The position numbers and the translations under genes are program-made. A stretch of 51,306 nt of DNA. Source: Deltaproteobacteria bacterium (GTDB taxonomy: Bacteria; Desulfobacterota; Syntrophia; Syntrophales; UBA2210). The notes below the pieces were generated by a model. The model searched no databases. It saw only the letters and a list, made by a program, of their open reading frames with translations, and was not told the origin of the DNA. The stretch covers positions 1-51,306 of the forward strand of contig JAFDBG010000003.1 in NCBI GenBank assembly GCA_019313385.1. Direction: 5' to 3'. Below are positions 10,684-22,182 of this stretch, piece by piece (the stretch's first letter is position 1; every line of letters begins with the position of its first letter).

Positions 10684-10944
10684 TTACTCCGGAATAATCT
10701 TGAACATCTCATCTCCGGGGCGAACACGGCCAGAAACCTTGATACCTATAAAATCGCCTGCCGTTGCCTTCTCTATCTGTTTATTATCAATTTCCATTGA
10801 GTCAATTCTGTCTTCGAAATCCGTGGTATGGCCGGTAAATTTGACCGCATCACCTGCCAGTAATTCTCCCGACGTAATCTTGACCGCAGCGACACTGGGC
10901 TTCGCAAAAAACTTCATCACCTCACCAATTTTCTCTTCTCCCAT
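10684..10944 (-). CDS. Small stand-alone translation-factor-like beta-barrel protein (EF-Tu domain II / U32 C-terminal-like)
   Basis: 86 aa; GEV..FF.K..VAA, L..GD....GHTTDF, SMEI....IEKA.AGD.IGIKV..RVRPGD; AGGAGG RBS. Confidence 0.7.
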   Translation of the reverse strand: MGEEKIGEVMKFFAKPSVAAVKITSGELLAGDAVKFTGHTTDFEDRIDSMEIDNKQIEKATAGDFIGIKVSGRVRPGDEMFKIIPE

Positions 10945-11040
10945 GATTCATAACCTCCTTGTCATCGTTCAAATCTGTACAAAAAACCTCTATCAGAAAT
11001 GAAAGGGTGATTATGAGCTTCTCTCGTGGAAAAATCAAGA

Positions 11041-11074
11041 AATAAAAAAGGGGCAGGATTCCCTGCCCCTAAAA
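11041..11074 (-). terminator. Intrinsic terminator after rplQ (end of alpha operon)
   Basis: aggggcagg/cctgcccct stem with a U-tract on the minus strand. Confidence 0.85.
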
Positions 11075-11099
11075 CCAACAAAACTAACTTATGCTACTG

Positions 11100-11498
11100 C
11101 TATTTGGCGGCCTTTTTCTTCTTTATACTTTTCTTTTCCTCTTCCGCCGGCATTAATTCTATCATGGATAGAAGGGCATCATCACCTTCTCTGTTGCCCA
11201 ATTTGACTATCCTTGTATATCCACCAGCCCTTTCAGTGTAACGGGATGGCAATTCTTCAAATACTTTTTTTGTAACCTGGGCGCTCCTTATAAAAGACAG
11301 GGCCTGCCTCCTCGCATGAAGGGTTCCCCTTTTGCCCAGAGTTATCATCTTATCGGCAACGCCTCTCAATTCCTTGGCCTTAGCATCGGTTGTAATGATC
11401 TTCTCATGTTCCAGAAGGGAGGTCACGAGATTCCTCATCATGGCCCTTCTGTGACTTGATGTCCTGCCAAGTTTTCTTCCGGCTTTCCTGTGACGCAT
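11100..11498 (-). CDS. rplQ: 50S ribosomal protein L17
   Basis: MRHRK.GRKLGR.SSHR, GGYTRI. Confidence 0.99.
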   Translation of the reverse strand: MRHRKAGRKLGRTSSHRRAMMRNLVTSLLEHEKIITTDAKAKELRGVADKMITLGKRGTLHARRQALSFIRSAQVTKKVFEELPSRYTERAGGYTRIVKLGNREGDDALLSMIELMPAEEEKKSIKKKKAAK

Positions 11499-11519
11499 TG
11501 AGCATTACCCCTTTAAATG

Positions 11520-12524
11520 TTATTCTTTCAAACCCTTATCATCATCCATGCCGGGAGGGTGAAAATCCACCTTGCTGCCAAGGCTGAGCCCCATCTCGAC
11601 AAGCATTTCCTTTATTTCATTCAAAGATTTTCTTCCGAAGTTCTGTGTCTTGAGCATTTCTGCTTCTGTCTTCTGAATAAGCTCTCCTATGTATTGAATA
11701 CCGGCATTCTTCAGACAATTGGCCGATCTTACCGAGAGCTCCAGATCATCGACCCCCCTGAACAAGTTATCAGCAATACTATCTTCTTCTACAATCTCTT
11801 TTGGTTGCTCCACTTCCTCCTGTTCATCAAAATTGATAAACACATTCATCTGTTCCTTTAAGCTCTTGGCCGCATAGGCAATGGCATTTTCGGGCAGGAC
11901 ACTGCCGTCCGTCCAGACTTCAAATACCAGCTTATCGTAATCTGTTATATGACCAACACGGGCGTTGGAAACTGTGTACGTAACCTTTTTGATGGGGGAA
12001 AACATGGCATCAATATTGATTGTTCCCTCAGGCTGCTCCGTGTCTGACTCTCTCCTGGCGGGGACATACCCCTTTCCCTCATCAGCCATCAACTCAGCCT
12101 TGAACACCGCATTATCCGAAAGGGTCGCCAAGTGGTGATCTGGATTGAGGACCTCAACCGTTTCATCTGTGATAATATCTCCCGCTGTAACGGTTCCTTC
12201 ACCGGAGGCGTCAATATGAAGTGTCCGGGGGCCGTCTCCGTGTAACTTCAGCCGTACCCCTTTCAAGCTCAAGATGATATCAGAGACATCCTCTTTGACA
12301 CCGGAGATAGCTGAAAATTCATGAAGTACTCCGTCAAATTTCACAGATGTAATAGCTGCACCATAGATAGAGGAAAGGAGCACCCTCCTCAGGGCATTCC
12401 CCAAGGTGATACCAAACCCCTTTTCCAAGGGCTGGCACGTAAACTCACCATAAAACGGTGTATGAGTCTTTTCGTCAATTTCTATTCGTTTTGATTTTAT
12501 AAGGCTGCGCCAGTTTCTCTCCAT
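11520..12524 (-). CDS. rpoA: RNA polymerase alpha subunit
   Basis: [21 protein letters not shown]; alpha-[22 protein letters not shown]. Confidence 0.99.
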   Translation of the reverse strand: MERNWRSLIKSKRIEIDEKTHTPFYGEFTCQPLEKGFGITLGNALRRVLLSSIYGAAITSVKFDGVLHEFSAISGVKEDVSDIILSLKGVRLKLHGDGPRTLHIDASGEGTVTAGDIITDETVEVLNPDHHLATLSDNAVFKAELMADEGKGYVPARRESDTEQPEGTINIDAMFSPIKKVTYTVSNARVGHITDYDKLVFEVWTDGSVLPENAIAYAAKSLKEQMNVFINFDEQEEVEQPKEIVEEDSIADNLFRGVDDLELSVRSANCLKNAGIQYIGELIQKTEAEMLKTQNFGRKSLNEIKEMLVEMGLSLGSKVDFHPPGMDDDKGLKE

Positions 12525-12552
12525 ATTGCTAGTTCCTCATATATAAAACTTT

Positions 12553-13185
12553 TTACCTAGAGTAAAACTCAACCACTAACTGCTCCTGGATGGGCATGGT
12601 CAGCTCTTCCCGAGCAGGTAGCGCTTTTACAACACCGGCAAAATTATCTTTATCCAGCTCCAGCCATTCGGGTACGCCACGCCTGGCAACGGTCCCTATA
12701 GCATCAAGTATAGTGACAACCTTCCTGCTTTTTTCCTTAACCTGTATTTTGTCACCCATCTTAACCAGGTACGAAGGAATGTTTACTTTTACATCATTCA
12801 CCAGAAAATGATTGTGCCTTACGAGTTGTCTAGCCTCACCCCTGGAATTCGCGAAACCCAGCCTATACACCATATTGTCCAGTCTTCTCTCCAGTATGAG
12901 CAACAGATTCGCACCCGCTATACCCTTTTGTTTCTTGGCTTTTTTAAAATAACCCTTAAACGATTTTTCCAAAAGGCCAAACGTCCTCTTGAGTTTCTGC
13001 TTTTCTCTTAACTGGATACCGTAATCGGACGCCTTTCGTCTGAATTTAATCTGTCCATGTTCCCCCGGTATATAACCCCTTCGTTCAAAGGAGCATTTGT
13101 CACCATAACATCTGTCCCCCTTTAGAAACAGTTTCGCGCCCTCAGCCCGGCATAATCTGCATAAAGATCCTCTATATCTTGCCAA
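12553..13185 (-). CDS. rpsD: 30S ribosomal protein S4
   Basis: [29 protein letters not shown]; TTG start. Confidence 0.99.
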   Translation of the reverse strand: MARYRGSLCRLCRAEGAKLFLKGDRCYGDKCSFERRGYIPGEHGQIKFRRKASDYGIQLREKQKLKRTFGLLEKSFKGYFKKAKKQKGIAGANLLLILERRLDNMVYRLGFANSRGEARQLVRHNHFLVNDVKVNIPSYLVKMGDKIQVKEKSRKVVTILDAIGTVARRGVPEWLELDKDNFAGVVKALPAREELTMPIQEQLVVEFYSR

Positions 13186-13227
13186 AATACTCCTCCCCTA
13201 ATATCTAATTCAGTCAGGACTGGTAAT

Positions 13228-13620
13228 TTAAACTCTCCTTCTCTTCGGCGGACGACAACCGTTATGGGGAATTGGCGTCACATCCCTTATAAGACTTATG
13301 TTCAAGCCTGCTGCCTGCAGCGCCCTGAGCGCCGACTCTCTCCCCGAACCAGGTCCCTTTATAAACACTTGCACGTTTCTCAGTCCATGCACCCTCGCCT
13401 TCTTGACCGCATCTGTAGCCGTTAACTGCGCGGCGAAGGGAGTGCTTTTTCTTGAACCTTTGAATCCCTGCCCGCCACCCGAAGACCAGGCAATAACATT
13501 GCCGCTCAAATCCGTAATTGTGACTATGGTATTATTAAAAGTTGATTGAATATGGGCAATCCCGTCAGATATATTCTTTTTTTCCTTTTTCTTTACATTT
13601 CTCTTTTTTGGTCGAGCCAT
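13228..13620 (-). CDS. rpsK: 30S ribosomal protein S11
   Basis: [39 protein letters not shown]. Confidence 0.99.
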   Translation of the reverse strand: MARPKKRNVKKKEKKNISDGIAHIQSTFNNTIVTITDLSGNVIAWSSGGGQGFKGSRKSTPFAAQLTATDAVKKARVHGLRNVQVFIKGPGSGRESALRALQAAGLNISLIRDVTPIPHNGCRPPKRRRV

Positions 13621-13667
13621 CTTTCCTCCAAACATAGAGCCTGCCTAATGACAAACTCTTATCTTAC

Positions 13668-14039
13668 TTATTTCTTTCTCTTTCCTCCAACAGCTCTCCT
13701 CGGGCCTTTTCTCGTTCTTGCATTGGTAGATGTCCTCTGACCCCTCACAGGAAGGCCCTTCCTATGCCTCAGACCTCTGTAGGTTCCTATATCCATGAGA
13801 CGTTTTATAGACATGGTAATCTCTCTCTTGAGATCACCTTCAACCTTGCATTTCTTATCTATAATGTCCCTTATGGCGGCCATCTGCTCATCAAGAAGAT
13901 TGTCTGTCTTTGTATCAAAATCAATCCCAGCCTCTTCAAGAATCTTCTTAGACTTGGGTTTCCCTATACCGTATATATACGTGAGGGCTATTTCCATTCT
14001 CTTATTCTTGGGTAAATCAACTCCTGCGATTCTTGCCAC
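13668..14039 (-). CDS. rpsM: 30S ribosomal protein S13
   Basis: [35 protein letters not shown]. Confidence 0.99.
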   Translation of the reverse strand: MARIAGVDLPKNKRMEIALTYIYGIGKPKSKKILEEAGIDFDTKTDNLLDEQMAAIRDIIDKKCKVEGDLKREITMSIKRLMDIGTYRGLRHRKGLPVRGQRTSTNARTRKGPRRAVGGKRKK

Positions 14040-14057
14040 CTTGCAACCTCCCGCTAG

Positions 14058-14171
14058 TTATCCCTGACGCTGCTTATGCTTAGGGTTTTCACATATGACC
14101 CTCACAACACCACGCCTCTTTATAATCTTGCACTTAACACATATCTTTTTAACAGATGCTCTTACTTTCAC
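14058..14171 (-). CDS. rpmJ: 50S ribosomal protein L36 (Zn-ribbon type; not in the ORF track)
   Basis: Manual translation from GTG: [37 protein letters not shown]. Confidence 0.97.
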   Translation of the reverse strand: MKVRASVKKICVKCKIIKRRGVVRVICENPKHKQRQG

Positions 14172-14194
14172 TGTCCTCACACTCCATTTCCGTC

Positions 14195-14413
14195 TTATTT
14201 CGACCGATATGTAATCCTGCCCCGAGTCAGATCATAGGGCGATAACTCTATCGTTACCTTGTCCCCCGGCAATATCTTGATGAAATGCATCCTCATCTTC
14301 CCCGAGATGTGGGCCAGAACGCGGTGACCGTTCTCGAGTTCAACGCGAAACATAGCATTCGGCAATGGTTCCAGCACCGTTCCTTCAACAATTATGGCAT
14401 CTTCCTTAGCCAT
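14195..14413 (-). CDS. infA: Translation initiation factor IF-1
   Basis: [34 protein letters not shown]. Confidence 0.99.
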   Translation of the reverse strand: MAKEDAIIVEGTVLEPLPNAMFRVELENGHRVLAHISGKMRMHFIKILPGDKVTIELSPYDLTRGRITYRSK

Positions 14414-14458
14414 GCGATCATCACCCCGCCAGGCATCCGAGAATATCGGTACCTTGCC

Positions 14459-15211
14459 TTATGCTCTTCTGCTACTTAATATCACAGGTCCGTCTTCAGT
14501 GACGGCTATCGTATGTTCAAAATGGGCCGACAGACCACCATCATCCGTTACCACGGTCCACCCGTCAGACTTCGTTCTTACCTTGTATGACCCCTCATTC
14601 ACCATAGGTTCTATGGCTATCACCATACCTGCCCTCAGCTTGACACCCCGGCCACTCATCCCGAAATTCGGAACCGGAGGATCCTCATGAAGATCACTTC
14701 CTATCCCGTGGCCAACATAATCTCTTACCACCGAAAACCCGGCATTTTCCACACAGCTTTGTACCGCAAAGGATATATCGCCCAGTCTGTTGCCCTTTTT
14801 TGCCTTCTCTATCCCCCGGTACAGAGATTCCTCTGTCAATTTCATCAGCCTGACGGCTGACGCGGAAATCCTGCCCACAGCAACGGTAATGGCAGAATCT
14901 CCATAATAGCCCCCGTAGCAAACACCATAATCGAGGCTTACTATATCACCCTCTTCCAAGGGCCTGTCCGAAGGAAAACCGTGCACAACCTCCGAGTTTA
15001 CAGATGAACAGAGCGCAAAGGGAAAGCCTCCGTACCCCTTGAAAGCAGGCTTCGCACCTTTTTTTTGCGTCACAGCTTCGGCGTACTCATTCAACTCCAA
15101 TGTTGTTACGCCTGGCCTCACTCTCTCTTTTAAACCAGTTAACACCTCTGCTACAATGGCATTGCTCTCTCCCATTTTTTTTATCTCTTCGGGAGATTTC
15201 AAGATGATCAT
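14459..15211 (-). CDS. map: Methionine aminopeptidase type I
   Basis: SVNSEVVHG.P, DYG..YYGDSA, GHGIG..LHE.P, IEPMVN, SAHFEHT; start at MIILKS. Confidence 0.97.
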   Translation of the reverse strand: MIILKSPEEIKKMGESNAIVAEVLTGLKERVRPGVTTLELNEYAEAVTQKKGAKPAFKGYGGFPFALCSSVNSEVVHGFPSDRPLEEGDIVSLDYGVCYGGYYGDSAITVAVGRISASAVRLMKLTEESLYRGIEKAKKGNRLGDISFAVQSCVENAGFSVVRDYVGHGIGSDLHEDPPVPNFGMSGRGVKLRAGMVIAIEPMVNEGSYKVRTKSDGWTVVTDDGGLSAHFEHTIAVTEDGPVILSSRRA

Positions 15212-15265
15212 CTGATTTATTGCCCCACAAGTGTCTTTGGGCGCAAATTCCGACATGTCGGAACA

Positions 15266-16573
15266 TTAACGCCTTCTGGTCATTTTGCCCTTTTTCATAA
15301 ATCCCTCGTACTGCCTGGTAAGCAGATGGGTCTCTATCTGACCTGCCGTGTCAAGAGCAACCCCGACAACAATGAGGAGCGCCGTCCCTCCAAAATAAAA
15401 GGGAACATTAAAGCGACTGATAAGGATACTCGGCAGGACGCAAACAGCAGACACATATACAGCACCACTGAAGGTAAGCCTCGTCAGAACACTGTCTATA
15501 TACTCGGCGGTTTTTTTGCCAGGTCGTATGCCCGGTACGTAGCCACCATTCTTTTTCATATTGTCGGCAACATTCACCGGGTTAAATGTAACAGCCGTAT
15601 AAAAATAGCAGAAGAATATTATAAGCGCGACATAAAACAGCTCATAAACAAATCTCCCGGGCATCAGGAACCCCGCCACCGTTTGCATCCACGGATGCGG
15701 AATAAAATTGGCAATGGTGGCGGGAAACATGATGATGGATGAAGCGAAGATCGGAGGAATAACGCCCGCCGTATTAACCTTCAAAGGCAGGTGCGTCGTC
15801 TGTCCGCCATACATCTTCCTCCCGACAACCCTTTTCGCGTACTGTACAGGGATCCTCCGCTGCGCGCTCTCCACAAATACTATTACACCCACAACACCAA
15901 TCATCATCACTGCAAGGAGTACCACAAAGAATATTCCCATTTCACCCGTGGACAACAGGCGGAAAGTATTCACAACAGCAGCGGGTCCCCTGCATACGAT
16001 ACCCGCAAAAATGATTAGAGATATTCCGTTGCCTATCCCCTTTTCAGTAATCGTTTCTCCCAGCCACATGATAAACGAGGTGCCTGCCGTCAGTGTAATA
16101 ACGGTCATCAGGCGAAAAGCCCATCCTGGTGCAATAACAACGGATAAACCGGAGGGGCCTGCCATATTCTCCAAGCCTACAGCTATGCCAAACCCCTGTA
16201 TGACACTTAGAATAACTGTGCCATATCTCGTATACTGGGTTATTTTTCTTCTGCCTGCATCACCCTCTTTAGACAATTTTTCGAGGTGAGGAACAGCAAC
16301 CGTTAGCAGTTGGAGGATGATGGATGCACTGATATAGGGCATAATCCCCAAGGCAAAAACAGAGAGCCTGCTAAGAGCGCCCCCCGCAAACATGTCAAAG
16401 AGTCCGAGAAGGGAATTCTTCGCCTGCTCAAAAAACGCGGCAAGCGCCTGTGTGTCTATCCCTGGCGTAGGCACATGCGCGCCTATTCTGTAAAAGGAAA
16501 AAAGAAAAAAGGTGAACAGTATCTTCTTCTGCAGTTCTGGAATCTTTGTTATGCTTTTAAAACCACCTATCAT
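15266..16573 (-). CDS. secY: Preprotein translocase SecY
   Basis: LGIMPYISASIILQL, GIGNGISLIIF, GVIPPIFASS, PGIRPG, FYFGGT.LLI. Confidence 0.99.
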   Translation of the reverse strand: MIGGFKSITKIPELQKKILFTFFLFSFYRIGAHVPTPGIDTQALAAFFEQAKNSLLGLFDMFAGGALSRLSVFALGIMPYISASIILQLLTVAVPHLEKLSKEGDAGRRKITQYTRYGTVILSVIQGFGIAVGLENMAGPSGLSVVIAPGWAFRLMTVITLTAGTSFIMWLGETITEKGIGNGISLIIFAGIVCRGPAAVVNTFRLLSTGEMGIFFVVLLAVMMIGVVGVIVFVESAQRRIPVQYAKRVVGRKMYGGQTTHLPLKVNTAGVIPPIFASSIIMFPATIANFIPHPWMQTVAGFLMPGRFVYELFYVALIIFFCYFYTAVTFNPVNVADNMKKNGGYVPGIRPGKKTAEYIDSVLTRLTFSGAVYVSAVCVLPSILISRFNVPFYFGGTALLIVVGVALDTAGQIETHLLTRQYEGFMKKGKMTRRR

Positions 16574-17013
16574 CAAACGACCTCTATCGTACCACCTGAA
16601 GCCTCTATCTTTTCCCTAGCGCCGCAGCTTATACTATTCACTCTTAATGTTAATGGATAGTCTATCGTTCCATTGCCAAGCATCTTGATGCCATAACCAC
16701 TGTCCCTAATAATGCCACTCGCTACCAGGGCATCCGCGTCGACGACCGAATCCTTCGGGAATGTTTTCAACTGGTCGATATTAACAATAACAATATCTTT
16801 CCGGAATCTGTTGTAAAACCCCCTTTTCGGAAGCCTCCTCGTAAGGGGCATCTGTCCACCCTCAAACCCAGGCCTGACGCCTCCGCCCGAACGAGCGTTT
16901 TGCCCCTTATGGCCCCTACAGGATGTTCCACCATGACCTGAACCATCGCCACGTCCCACCCTTTTTCTCTTCTTAGTGGACCCATTTGCAGGTCTCAATT
17001 CGTTCAGCTTCAT
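16573..17013 (-). CDS. rplO: 50S ribosomal protein L15
   Basis: RVGRG.GSG.G...[22 protein letters not shown]. Confidence 0.99.
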   Translation of the reverse strand: MKLNELRPANGSTKKRKRVGRGDGSGHGGTSCRGHKGQNARSGGGVRPGFEGGQMPLTRRLPKRGFYNRFRKDIVIVNIDQLKTFPKDSVVDADALVASGIIRDSGYGIKMLGNGTIDYPLTLRVNSISCGAREKIEASGGTIEVV

Positions 17014-17201
17014 ATATCCATCTCACATTCTTCCGCAGAAACCAGATGCGAAACTTTGCTGACCATGCCTCTGATTTCCGGGGTGTCCTTTAGATAAACT
17101 GTTTTATTCAACCTCTCAAGGCCCATCCCACGGAGTACTTTTCTCTGCTTTTCAGGTCTTCCTATGGAACTTTTGACAAGTATGATCCTAAGTTGTTTCA
17201 C
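17010..17201 (-). CDS. rpmD: 50S ribosomal protein L30
   Basis: LVKS.IGR, L..MGL, IRGMV.KVSHLV; position in spc operon. Confidence 0.96.
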   Translation of the reverse strand: MKQLRIILVKSSIGRPEKQRKVLRGMGLERLNKTVYLKDTPEIRGMVSKVSHLVSAEECEMDI

Positions 17202-17224
17202 GACCCATTCCTCAATATTACATT

Positions 17225-17725
17225 TTAGATTTCAGCTATATCTTTTCCCCGCAGCACGGCTATCTGTGCAGGGTTTCTCAAACTTCTAAGCCCATCCATG
17301 GTTGCCTTAACAAGATTATGGGGATTGTGCGAACCAAGGCATTTAGTCAATACGTCCTGGACTCCCACCACTTCCAGAATAGCCCTGACAGCACCTCCAG
17401 CTATAAGGCCCGTGCCTTTGGAGGCGGGCTTTAAAAGAACTTTCCCAGCTCCATAATGCCCTATTACCTCATGGGGTAGGGTTCCATCCGCAATGGATAC
17501 TTGAACGATGCTCCTTTTGGCCATCTCCATACCCTTTCTGATGGCTTCAGGAACTTCATGGGCCTTCCCCAATCCTATGCCAACAGCGCCGTTACCGTCA
17601 CCAACCGCTACAATGGCACTGAACCTAAATCTCCTACCGCCCTTTACCACTTTGGCAGTCCGTTTGATCTTTATTACCTTGTCAAGAAGTTCGCGCTCTT
17701 CCATATTCCCCTTATCCAGATCCAA
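17225..17725 (-). CDS. rpsE: 30S ribosomal protein S5
   Basis: [25 protein letters not shown]; alternative ATG at 17704. Confidence 0.98.
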   Translation of the reverse strand: MDLDKGNMEERELLDKVIKIKRTAKVVKGGRRFRFSAIVAVGDGNGAVGIGLGKAHEVPEAIRKGMEMAKRSIVQVSIADGTLPHEVIGHYGAGKVLLKPASKGTGLIAGGAVRAILEVVGVQDVLTKCLGSHNPHNLVKATMDGLRSLRNPAQIAVLRGKDIAEI

Positions 17726-17729
17726 AGAT

Positions 17730-18098
17730 TTATAATTTTAAACCCATTTCCCTCACACCTTCAGCAAGAGACTTCACTCTCCCATGATAGAGGAATCTGC
17801 CTCTGTCAAAGACGGCTTCTTTTATGCCCTTTGATAACAAGTTTTTAGCCATCAGTTTTCCGATCTCTTTGGCCGCTTCAGCCTTCTTAAGGCCCGTCAG
17901 ATTTTCCTTGATCTCTTTATCTAACGTCGATGCCTGAGCCAGAGTCTTCCCTACATCGTCGGCAATCGCCTGAACATATACATATCTTGAACTACGAAAG
18001 ACAGAAAGACGTGGCCGCGCCTCTGTGCCACAGATCTTGCTTCTGACTCTCTTCGCACGCCTTTCTCTTATCTTTTTCAATCTCTTTATAGATGCCAC
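17730..18098 (-). CDS. rplR: 50S ribosomal protein L18
   Basis: [19 protein letters not shown]. Confidence 0.98.
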   Translation of the reverse strand: MASIKRLKKIRERRAKRVRSKICGTEARPRLSVFRSSRYVYVQAIADDVGKTLAQASTLDKEIKENLTGLKKAEAAKEIGKLMAKNLLSKGIKEAVFDRGRFLYHGRVKSLAEGVREMGLKL

Positions 18099-18150
18099 GA
18101 CAACTCCCCTGCAACAACTTTGACAACTTCGTAAAAACTTAATATCCGAT

Positions 18151-18690
18151 TTATGCTCCCGCAGACTTTCCTACTTTCTTTCTCACATATTCGCCTGCAT
18201 ATCTGATCCCTTTCCCCTTATAAGGTTCAGGTTTCTTCAGATCCCTTATTTCTGATGCAGTCCTGCCGACAAGTTCCTTATCTATACCTGAAACCACCAT
18301 GTTTACCTGCTTGTCAACCTTGATGGTTATCCCCTCCTGTATCTTGTATTCCACAGGATCGGAGTATCCTATAAGCAGTTTGAGAACGTTACCTGCAACC
18401 TCTCCACGGTATCCAACTCCGACTATCTGCAGGGACTTTTCGAATCCCTTGCTCACACCCGTTACCATATTGGCAATCAGCGTTCTTATAAGACCGTGCA
18501 GAGATCTTCCCTCTCTGTCATCAGTCGTTGCATTTACAAGGACCACATTCCCCTCTAAAGCGACTTCAATTCCCTTAGGGATTTCTCTGAGAAGGGTCCC
18601 CATGGGGCCCTCTATTATTATTAAAGAACCGTCCAGCCTGATTCTTACACCATCAGGGATCTCTACCGGCTTCTTGCCAATTCTCGACAT
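18151..18690 (-). CDS. rplF: 50S ribosomal protein L6
   Basis: MSRIGKKP, GVGYR, PEPYKGKGIRY. Confidence 0.99.
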   Translation of the reverse strand: MSRIGKKPVEIPDGVRIRLDGSLIIIEGPMGTLLREIPKGIEVALEGNVVLVNATTDDREGRSLHGLIRTLIANMVTGVSKGFEKSLQIVGVGYRGEVAGNVLKLLIGYSDPVEYKIQEGITIKVDKQVNMVVSGIDKELVGRTASEIRDLKKPEPYKGKGIRYAGEYVRKKVGKSAGA

Positions 18691-18729
18691 GAACACATCT
18701 CCCGCTTCATCTTATCAGCCAAATTATTT

Positions 18730-19134
18730 TCACCACACATTGCAGAGAATCTCACCGCCCACGTTCAACGCCCGTGCCTGTTTATCAGCCACAACCCCCC
18801 GAGAAGTCGAAAGGATAGCCACCCCATATCCATTTAAAACCCTGGGAATATCCTGACTGCCTGAATATATTCTTCTGCCTGGTTTGCTCACCCTCTGTAT
18901 ATCGGTGATCGCACTTTCCTTCAGGCTTGAATATCGCAGATGTATCCGCAACATACCGTGTGGCTTCTTGTCACCTTTTCTGACATCAAACCCGTTTATA
19001 TACCCCGCGTCTTTTAACACCTTCGCAAGACTAACATTCACCTTCGACAGAGACACGTCCGCATTTTTAAACTTCACTCGACTCGCGTTTCTGATTCTTG
19101 TCAGCATATCGGCAACAGGATCGGTCATTCCCAT
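18730..19134 (-). CDS. rpsH: 30S ribosomal protein S8
   Basis: TDPVADMLTRIRNA, RVSKPGRRIY, STSRGV, GGE. Confidence 0.99.
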   Translation of the reverse strand: MGMTDPVADMLTRIRNASRVKFKNADVSLSKVNVSLAKVLKDAGYINGFDVRKGDKKPHGMLRIHLRYSSLKESAITDIQRVSKPGRRIYSGSQDIPRVLNGYGVAILSTSRGVVADKQARALNVGGEILCNVW

Positions 19135-19146
19135 CTTGATTCTCCT

Positions 19147-19332
19147 TTACCAGCTTGATTTTAGAACGCCCGGAAGTTCTCCATTAAGGGAACGTTTTCT
19201 CAGACATATCCTGCACATATCAAATTTCCTATAATAAGCGCGAGGCCTTCCGCACAACGGACAACGATTATAGTCCCTTACGGGAAATTTATTCTTCACC
19301 TTGGCTTTTGCTATCAAGGATTTCTTTGCCAC
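19147..19332 (-). CDS. rpsN: 30S ribosomal protein S14 (type Z, Zn-binding)
   Basis: 61 aa; RCPLCGRPR...MCRIC, PGV.KSSW. Confidence 0.98.
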   Translation of the reverse strand: MAKKSLIAKAKVKNKFPVRDYNRCPLCGRPRAYYRKFDMCRICLRKRSLNGELPGVLKSSW

Positions 19333-19344
19333 GCCTGTTTCCCC

Positions 19345-19884
19345 CTAATTACGAAATGGAACACCCATTAACTTTAAAAGTTGCCTTGCCTCGTCGTCTG
19401 TTTTAGCCGTCGTGACAATAGTTACATTCAGTCCTTTAACTTTTTCGATCTTGTCATAATCAATCTCAGTAAAGACGTAATGTTCATGAATCCCCATAGA
19501 AAAATTTCCCCTGCCATCAAATGACTTTGGCGAAATACCTCTGAAGTCTCTGATCCTTGGGATAGCAACATTGACAAGCCTGTCAAGAAATTCGTACATC
19601 TTCTCCTGCCTCAAGGTCACCATACACCCTATTGACATGCCCTGACGAAGTTTAAAGGTGGCAATCGATTTCCTCGCCTTGGTAACAACAGGCTGCTGCC
19701 CAACAATCATGGCAAGTTCTGAGACAGCGCTGTCAAGTATCTTGACGTTCTGTATTGCCTCACCCAGACCCATATTAACCACAATCTTTTCAAGCCTGGG
19801 AACCTGCATAGGATTCTTATATCCAAGTCCCTTGATTAATGCGGGAGTCACTTCTTCTTTGTAATATTTTTTTAGTCTTGCCAT
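19345..19884 (-). CDS. rplE: 50S ribosomal protein L5
   Basis: [29 protein letters not shown]. Confidence 0.99.
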   Translation of the reverse strand: MARLKKYYKEEVTPALIKGLGYKNPMQVPRLEKIVVNMGLGEAIQNVKILDSAVSELAMIVGQQPVVTKARKSIATFKLRQGMSIGCMVTLRQEKMYEFLDRLVNVAIPRIRDFRGISPKSFDGRGNFSMGIHEHYVFTEIDYDKIEKVKGLNVTIVTTAKTDDEARQLLKLMGVPFRN

Positions 19885-19899
19885 CTGTTTTCCCCCGGT

Positions 19900-20211
19900 C
19901 TACTCATCCAATAGCTCATGGCATTTCTTACAGATACGCACCTTCTTGCCATCTTCCAACACCTTGTACCCTACCCTTACGCCGGTATTACATTTACTAC
20001 ATATAAGCATGACATTGGATACATGAAGAGGGGCTTCCTTTTCCACTATTCCGCCCTTCCCGGTCGCGTCGGCTTTCTGGTGTTTTTTTATCAGATTCGT
20101 CTTTTCGATCACAACACGATTTTTTTCTCTGACAACATTGAGCACCTTACCGGTTTTCCCCTTCTCTTTGCCGGCTATTACTTTTACCATATCATTTTTC
20201 TTTATATGCAT
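19900..20211 (-). CDS. rplX: 50S ribosomal protein L24
   Basis: KOW motif VIAGKEKGKTG, EAPLHVSNV. Confidence 0.98.
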   Translation of the reverse strand: MHIKKNDMVKVIAGKEKGKTGKVLNVVREKNRVVIEKTNLIKKHQKADATGKGGIVEKEAPLHVSNVMLICSKCNTGVRVGYKVLEDGKKVRICKKCHELLDE

Positions 20212-20247
20212 TCGCTACAGCTCCAAGACTCTAAAACTTTTATTCCC

Positions 20248-20616
20248 TTATATTACTTCCGGAGCAAGGGAAACTATCTTCATAAACTGTTTTGCCCTAA
20301 GCTCCCTGGCTACTGGTCCGAATATCCTTGTGCCAAGCGGTTCAAGCTGATCATTTATCAGAACAGCAGAATTCTCGTCAAACTTGAGATATGAACCATC
20401 GTTCCGGCCAATTTCCTTCTTCGTTCTCACGACAACGGCCTTCAACACGTCCCCCTTCTTCACCTTCGAGTTGGGAATAGCCTCCTTGACAGAGACCACT
20501 ATAATATCTCCAACGCTGGCATATCTCCTCTTCGAACCACCAAGAACCTTTATACAGCAGACCCTTCTAGCCCCAGAATTATCCGCCACCCTTAAAAAGG
20601 TTTGCATCTGTATCAT
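20248..20616 (-). CDS. rplN: 50S ribosomal protein L14
   Basis: [29 protein letters not shown]. Confidence 0.99.
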   Translation of the reverse strand: MIQMQTFLRVADNSGARRVCCIKVLGGSKRRYASVGDIIVVSVKEAIPNSKVKKGDVLKAVVVRTKKEIGRNDGSYLKFDENSAVLINDQLEPLGTRIFGPVARELRAKQFMKIVSLAPEVI

Positions 20617-20642
20617 AACAAAACCCCACCGCTACATTTTTG

Positions 20643-20900
20643 TTATTTCGCCTTCTCCAAAATTCCAGACACCCTCCATCGTTTCTCTTTACTGAAAGGG
20701 CGTGATTCAACAATCAATACCTTATCTCCCATGCCACAGCTGTTTTCTTTATCATGGGCCTTGTATTTTACGTGCCTCGTTATATATTTATGAAATTTGG
20801 GATGCTTAACTAGCCGTTTCGTCAGGACAACAACCGTTTTGTCCATTTTGTCGCTTACCACCATCCCCTGCATGCTTCTCTTGTTACTCCTGTTATCCAT
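20643..20900 (-). CDS. rpsQ: 30S ribosomal protein S17
   Basis: [14 protein letters not shown]...K, ESRP.SK.KRW. Confidence 0.98.
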   Translation of the reverse strand: MDNRSNKRSMQGMVVSDKMDKTVVVLTKRLVKHPKFHKYITRHVKYKAHDKENSCGMGDKVLIVESRPFSKEKRWRVSGILEKAK

Positions 20901-20901
20901 A

Positions 20902-21096
20902 TTACCTCTGGTCTCCTCTTTCCCTGAGAACAGTTTTTACACGGGCCACATCTCTCTTCACACTCTTTATCACAGAGGGAGACTCCAACTGTCCGGTAGC
21001 AAACCTGACACGGAGTCTGAAGAGCTCCTCAATAAAATTCTCTTCCTTTTCTTTTAACTCATCCACACTAAGGTCTCTGATTTCTTTAACTTTCAT
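20902..21096 (-). CDS. rpmC: 50S ribosomal protein L29
   Basis: ELF.LR...[13 protein letters not shown]. Confidence 0.97.
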   Translation of the reverse strand: MKVKEIRDLSVDELKEKEENFIEELFRLRVRFATGQLESPSVIKSVKRDVARVKTVLRERGDQR

Positions 21097-21508
21097 CAAA
21101 TATCTCCCTGGAAAGAAACTTGGTCGCCAAAGGAAGCTTATACGATGCCAGCCTCAATGCCTCGCGGGCAACATCTTTTGGGACTCCCTCCATTTCATAG
21201 AGAACCGCGCCCTTTTTGACTATGGCAACCCACTCTTCAGGAGACCCCTTCCCTTTTCCCATACGAGTCTCTGCCGGTTTTTTTGTTACCGATTTATGGG
21301 GGAAAATGCGTATCCATATCTTGCCACCACGCTTCACATGACGGGTTATAGCAATACGGGCCGATTCGATCTGCCGCGCTGTCACCCGACCACTTTCCGT
21401 TGCCTGGAGCCCGAATTCACCAAAGTCCACCGTGATCCCCTTATGGGCCGCGCCCTTTATGCGACCCTTCTGGATCTTCCTGTATTTTACCCTTTTGGGT
21501 GCTAACAT
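21086..21508 (-). CDS. rplP: 50S ribosomal protein L16
   Basis: [25 protein letters not shown]; start at 21508. Confidence 0.99.
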   Translation of the reverse strand: MLAPKRVKYRKIQKGRIKGAAHKGITVDFGEFGLQATESGRVTARQIESARIAITRHVKRGGKIWIRIFPHKSVTKKPAETRMGKGKGSPEEWVAIVKKGAVLYEMEGVPKDVAREALRLASYKLPLATKFLSREIFDES

Positions 21509-21515
21509 AGTGATC

Positions 21516-22163
21516 CTATTCCTGACTGCTTTTCTTGTCCGGCAAAACCTCGCCATTAAATATCAAAACCTTGACGCCTATGATTCCATAAGTCGTCTTG
21601 GCCTCTGCAAAACCATAATCGATATCCGCTCTCAATGTATGAAGGGGGACTCTGCCTTCTCGGTACCATTCTCTTCTTGCCATTTCTGCTCCGCCCAATC
21701 TCCCCCCACAAGCCACTCTGATACCCTTAACACCAAACTTCATGGCCGTGATCACACTTCGTTTCATGGCCCTCCTGAAAGCTACTCGTCTGACAAGCTG
21801 CAGCGCAATATTCTCGGCCACAAGCTGGGCATCTGTTTCTGGTCTGCGCACCTCCAGTATATTTATGATGACATCCCCTGTCATGAGCTTTTCGATATCT
21901 TTCTTTACCTTCTCTATTTCCGTTCCCTTCCTACCGATGATGATGCCGGGACGCGCCGTATAGATGTTAATCTTGGCTTTATCGGAAGCTCTTTCAATCT
22001 CTATCCTGGATATACCTGCATGAAAAAATTTGTCCTTTATATGTTTTCTAACCCGCAGATCCTCATGAAGCAACTCACTATAGTTTCGCTCCGCGAACCA
22101 CTTTGAACTCCAGGTTTTATTAATACCCAACCTGAACCCGATGGGATTTACTTTTTGTCCCAA
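21516..22163 (-). CDS. rpsC: 30S ribosomal protein S3
   Basis: [33 protein letters not shown]. Confidence 0.99.
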   Translation of the reverse strand: MGQKVNPIGFRLGINKTWSSKWFAERNYSELLHEDLRVRKHIKDKFFHAGISRIEIERASDKAKINIYTARPGIIIGRKGTEIEKVKKDIEKLMTGDVIINILEVRRPETDAQLVAENIALQLVRRVAFRRAMKRSVITAMKFGVKGIRVACGGRLGGAEMARREWYREGRVPLHTLRADIDYGFAEAKTTYGIIGVKVLIFNGEVLPDKKSSQE

Positions 22164-22182
22164 GCCTCCACCTCCTTACAGA

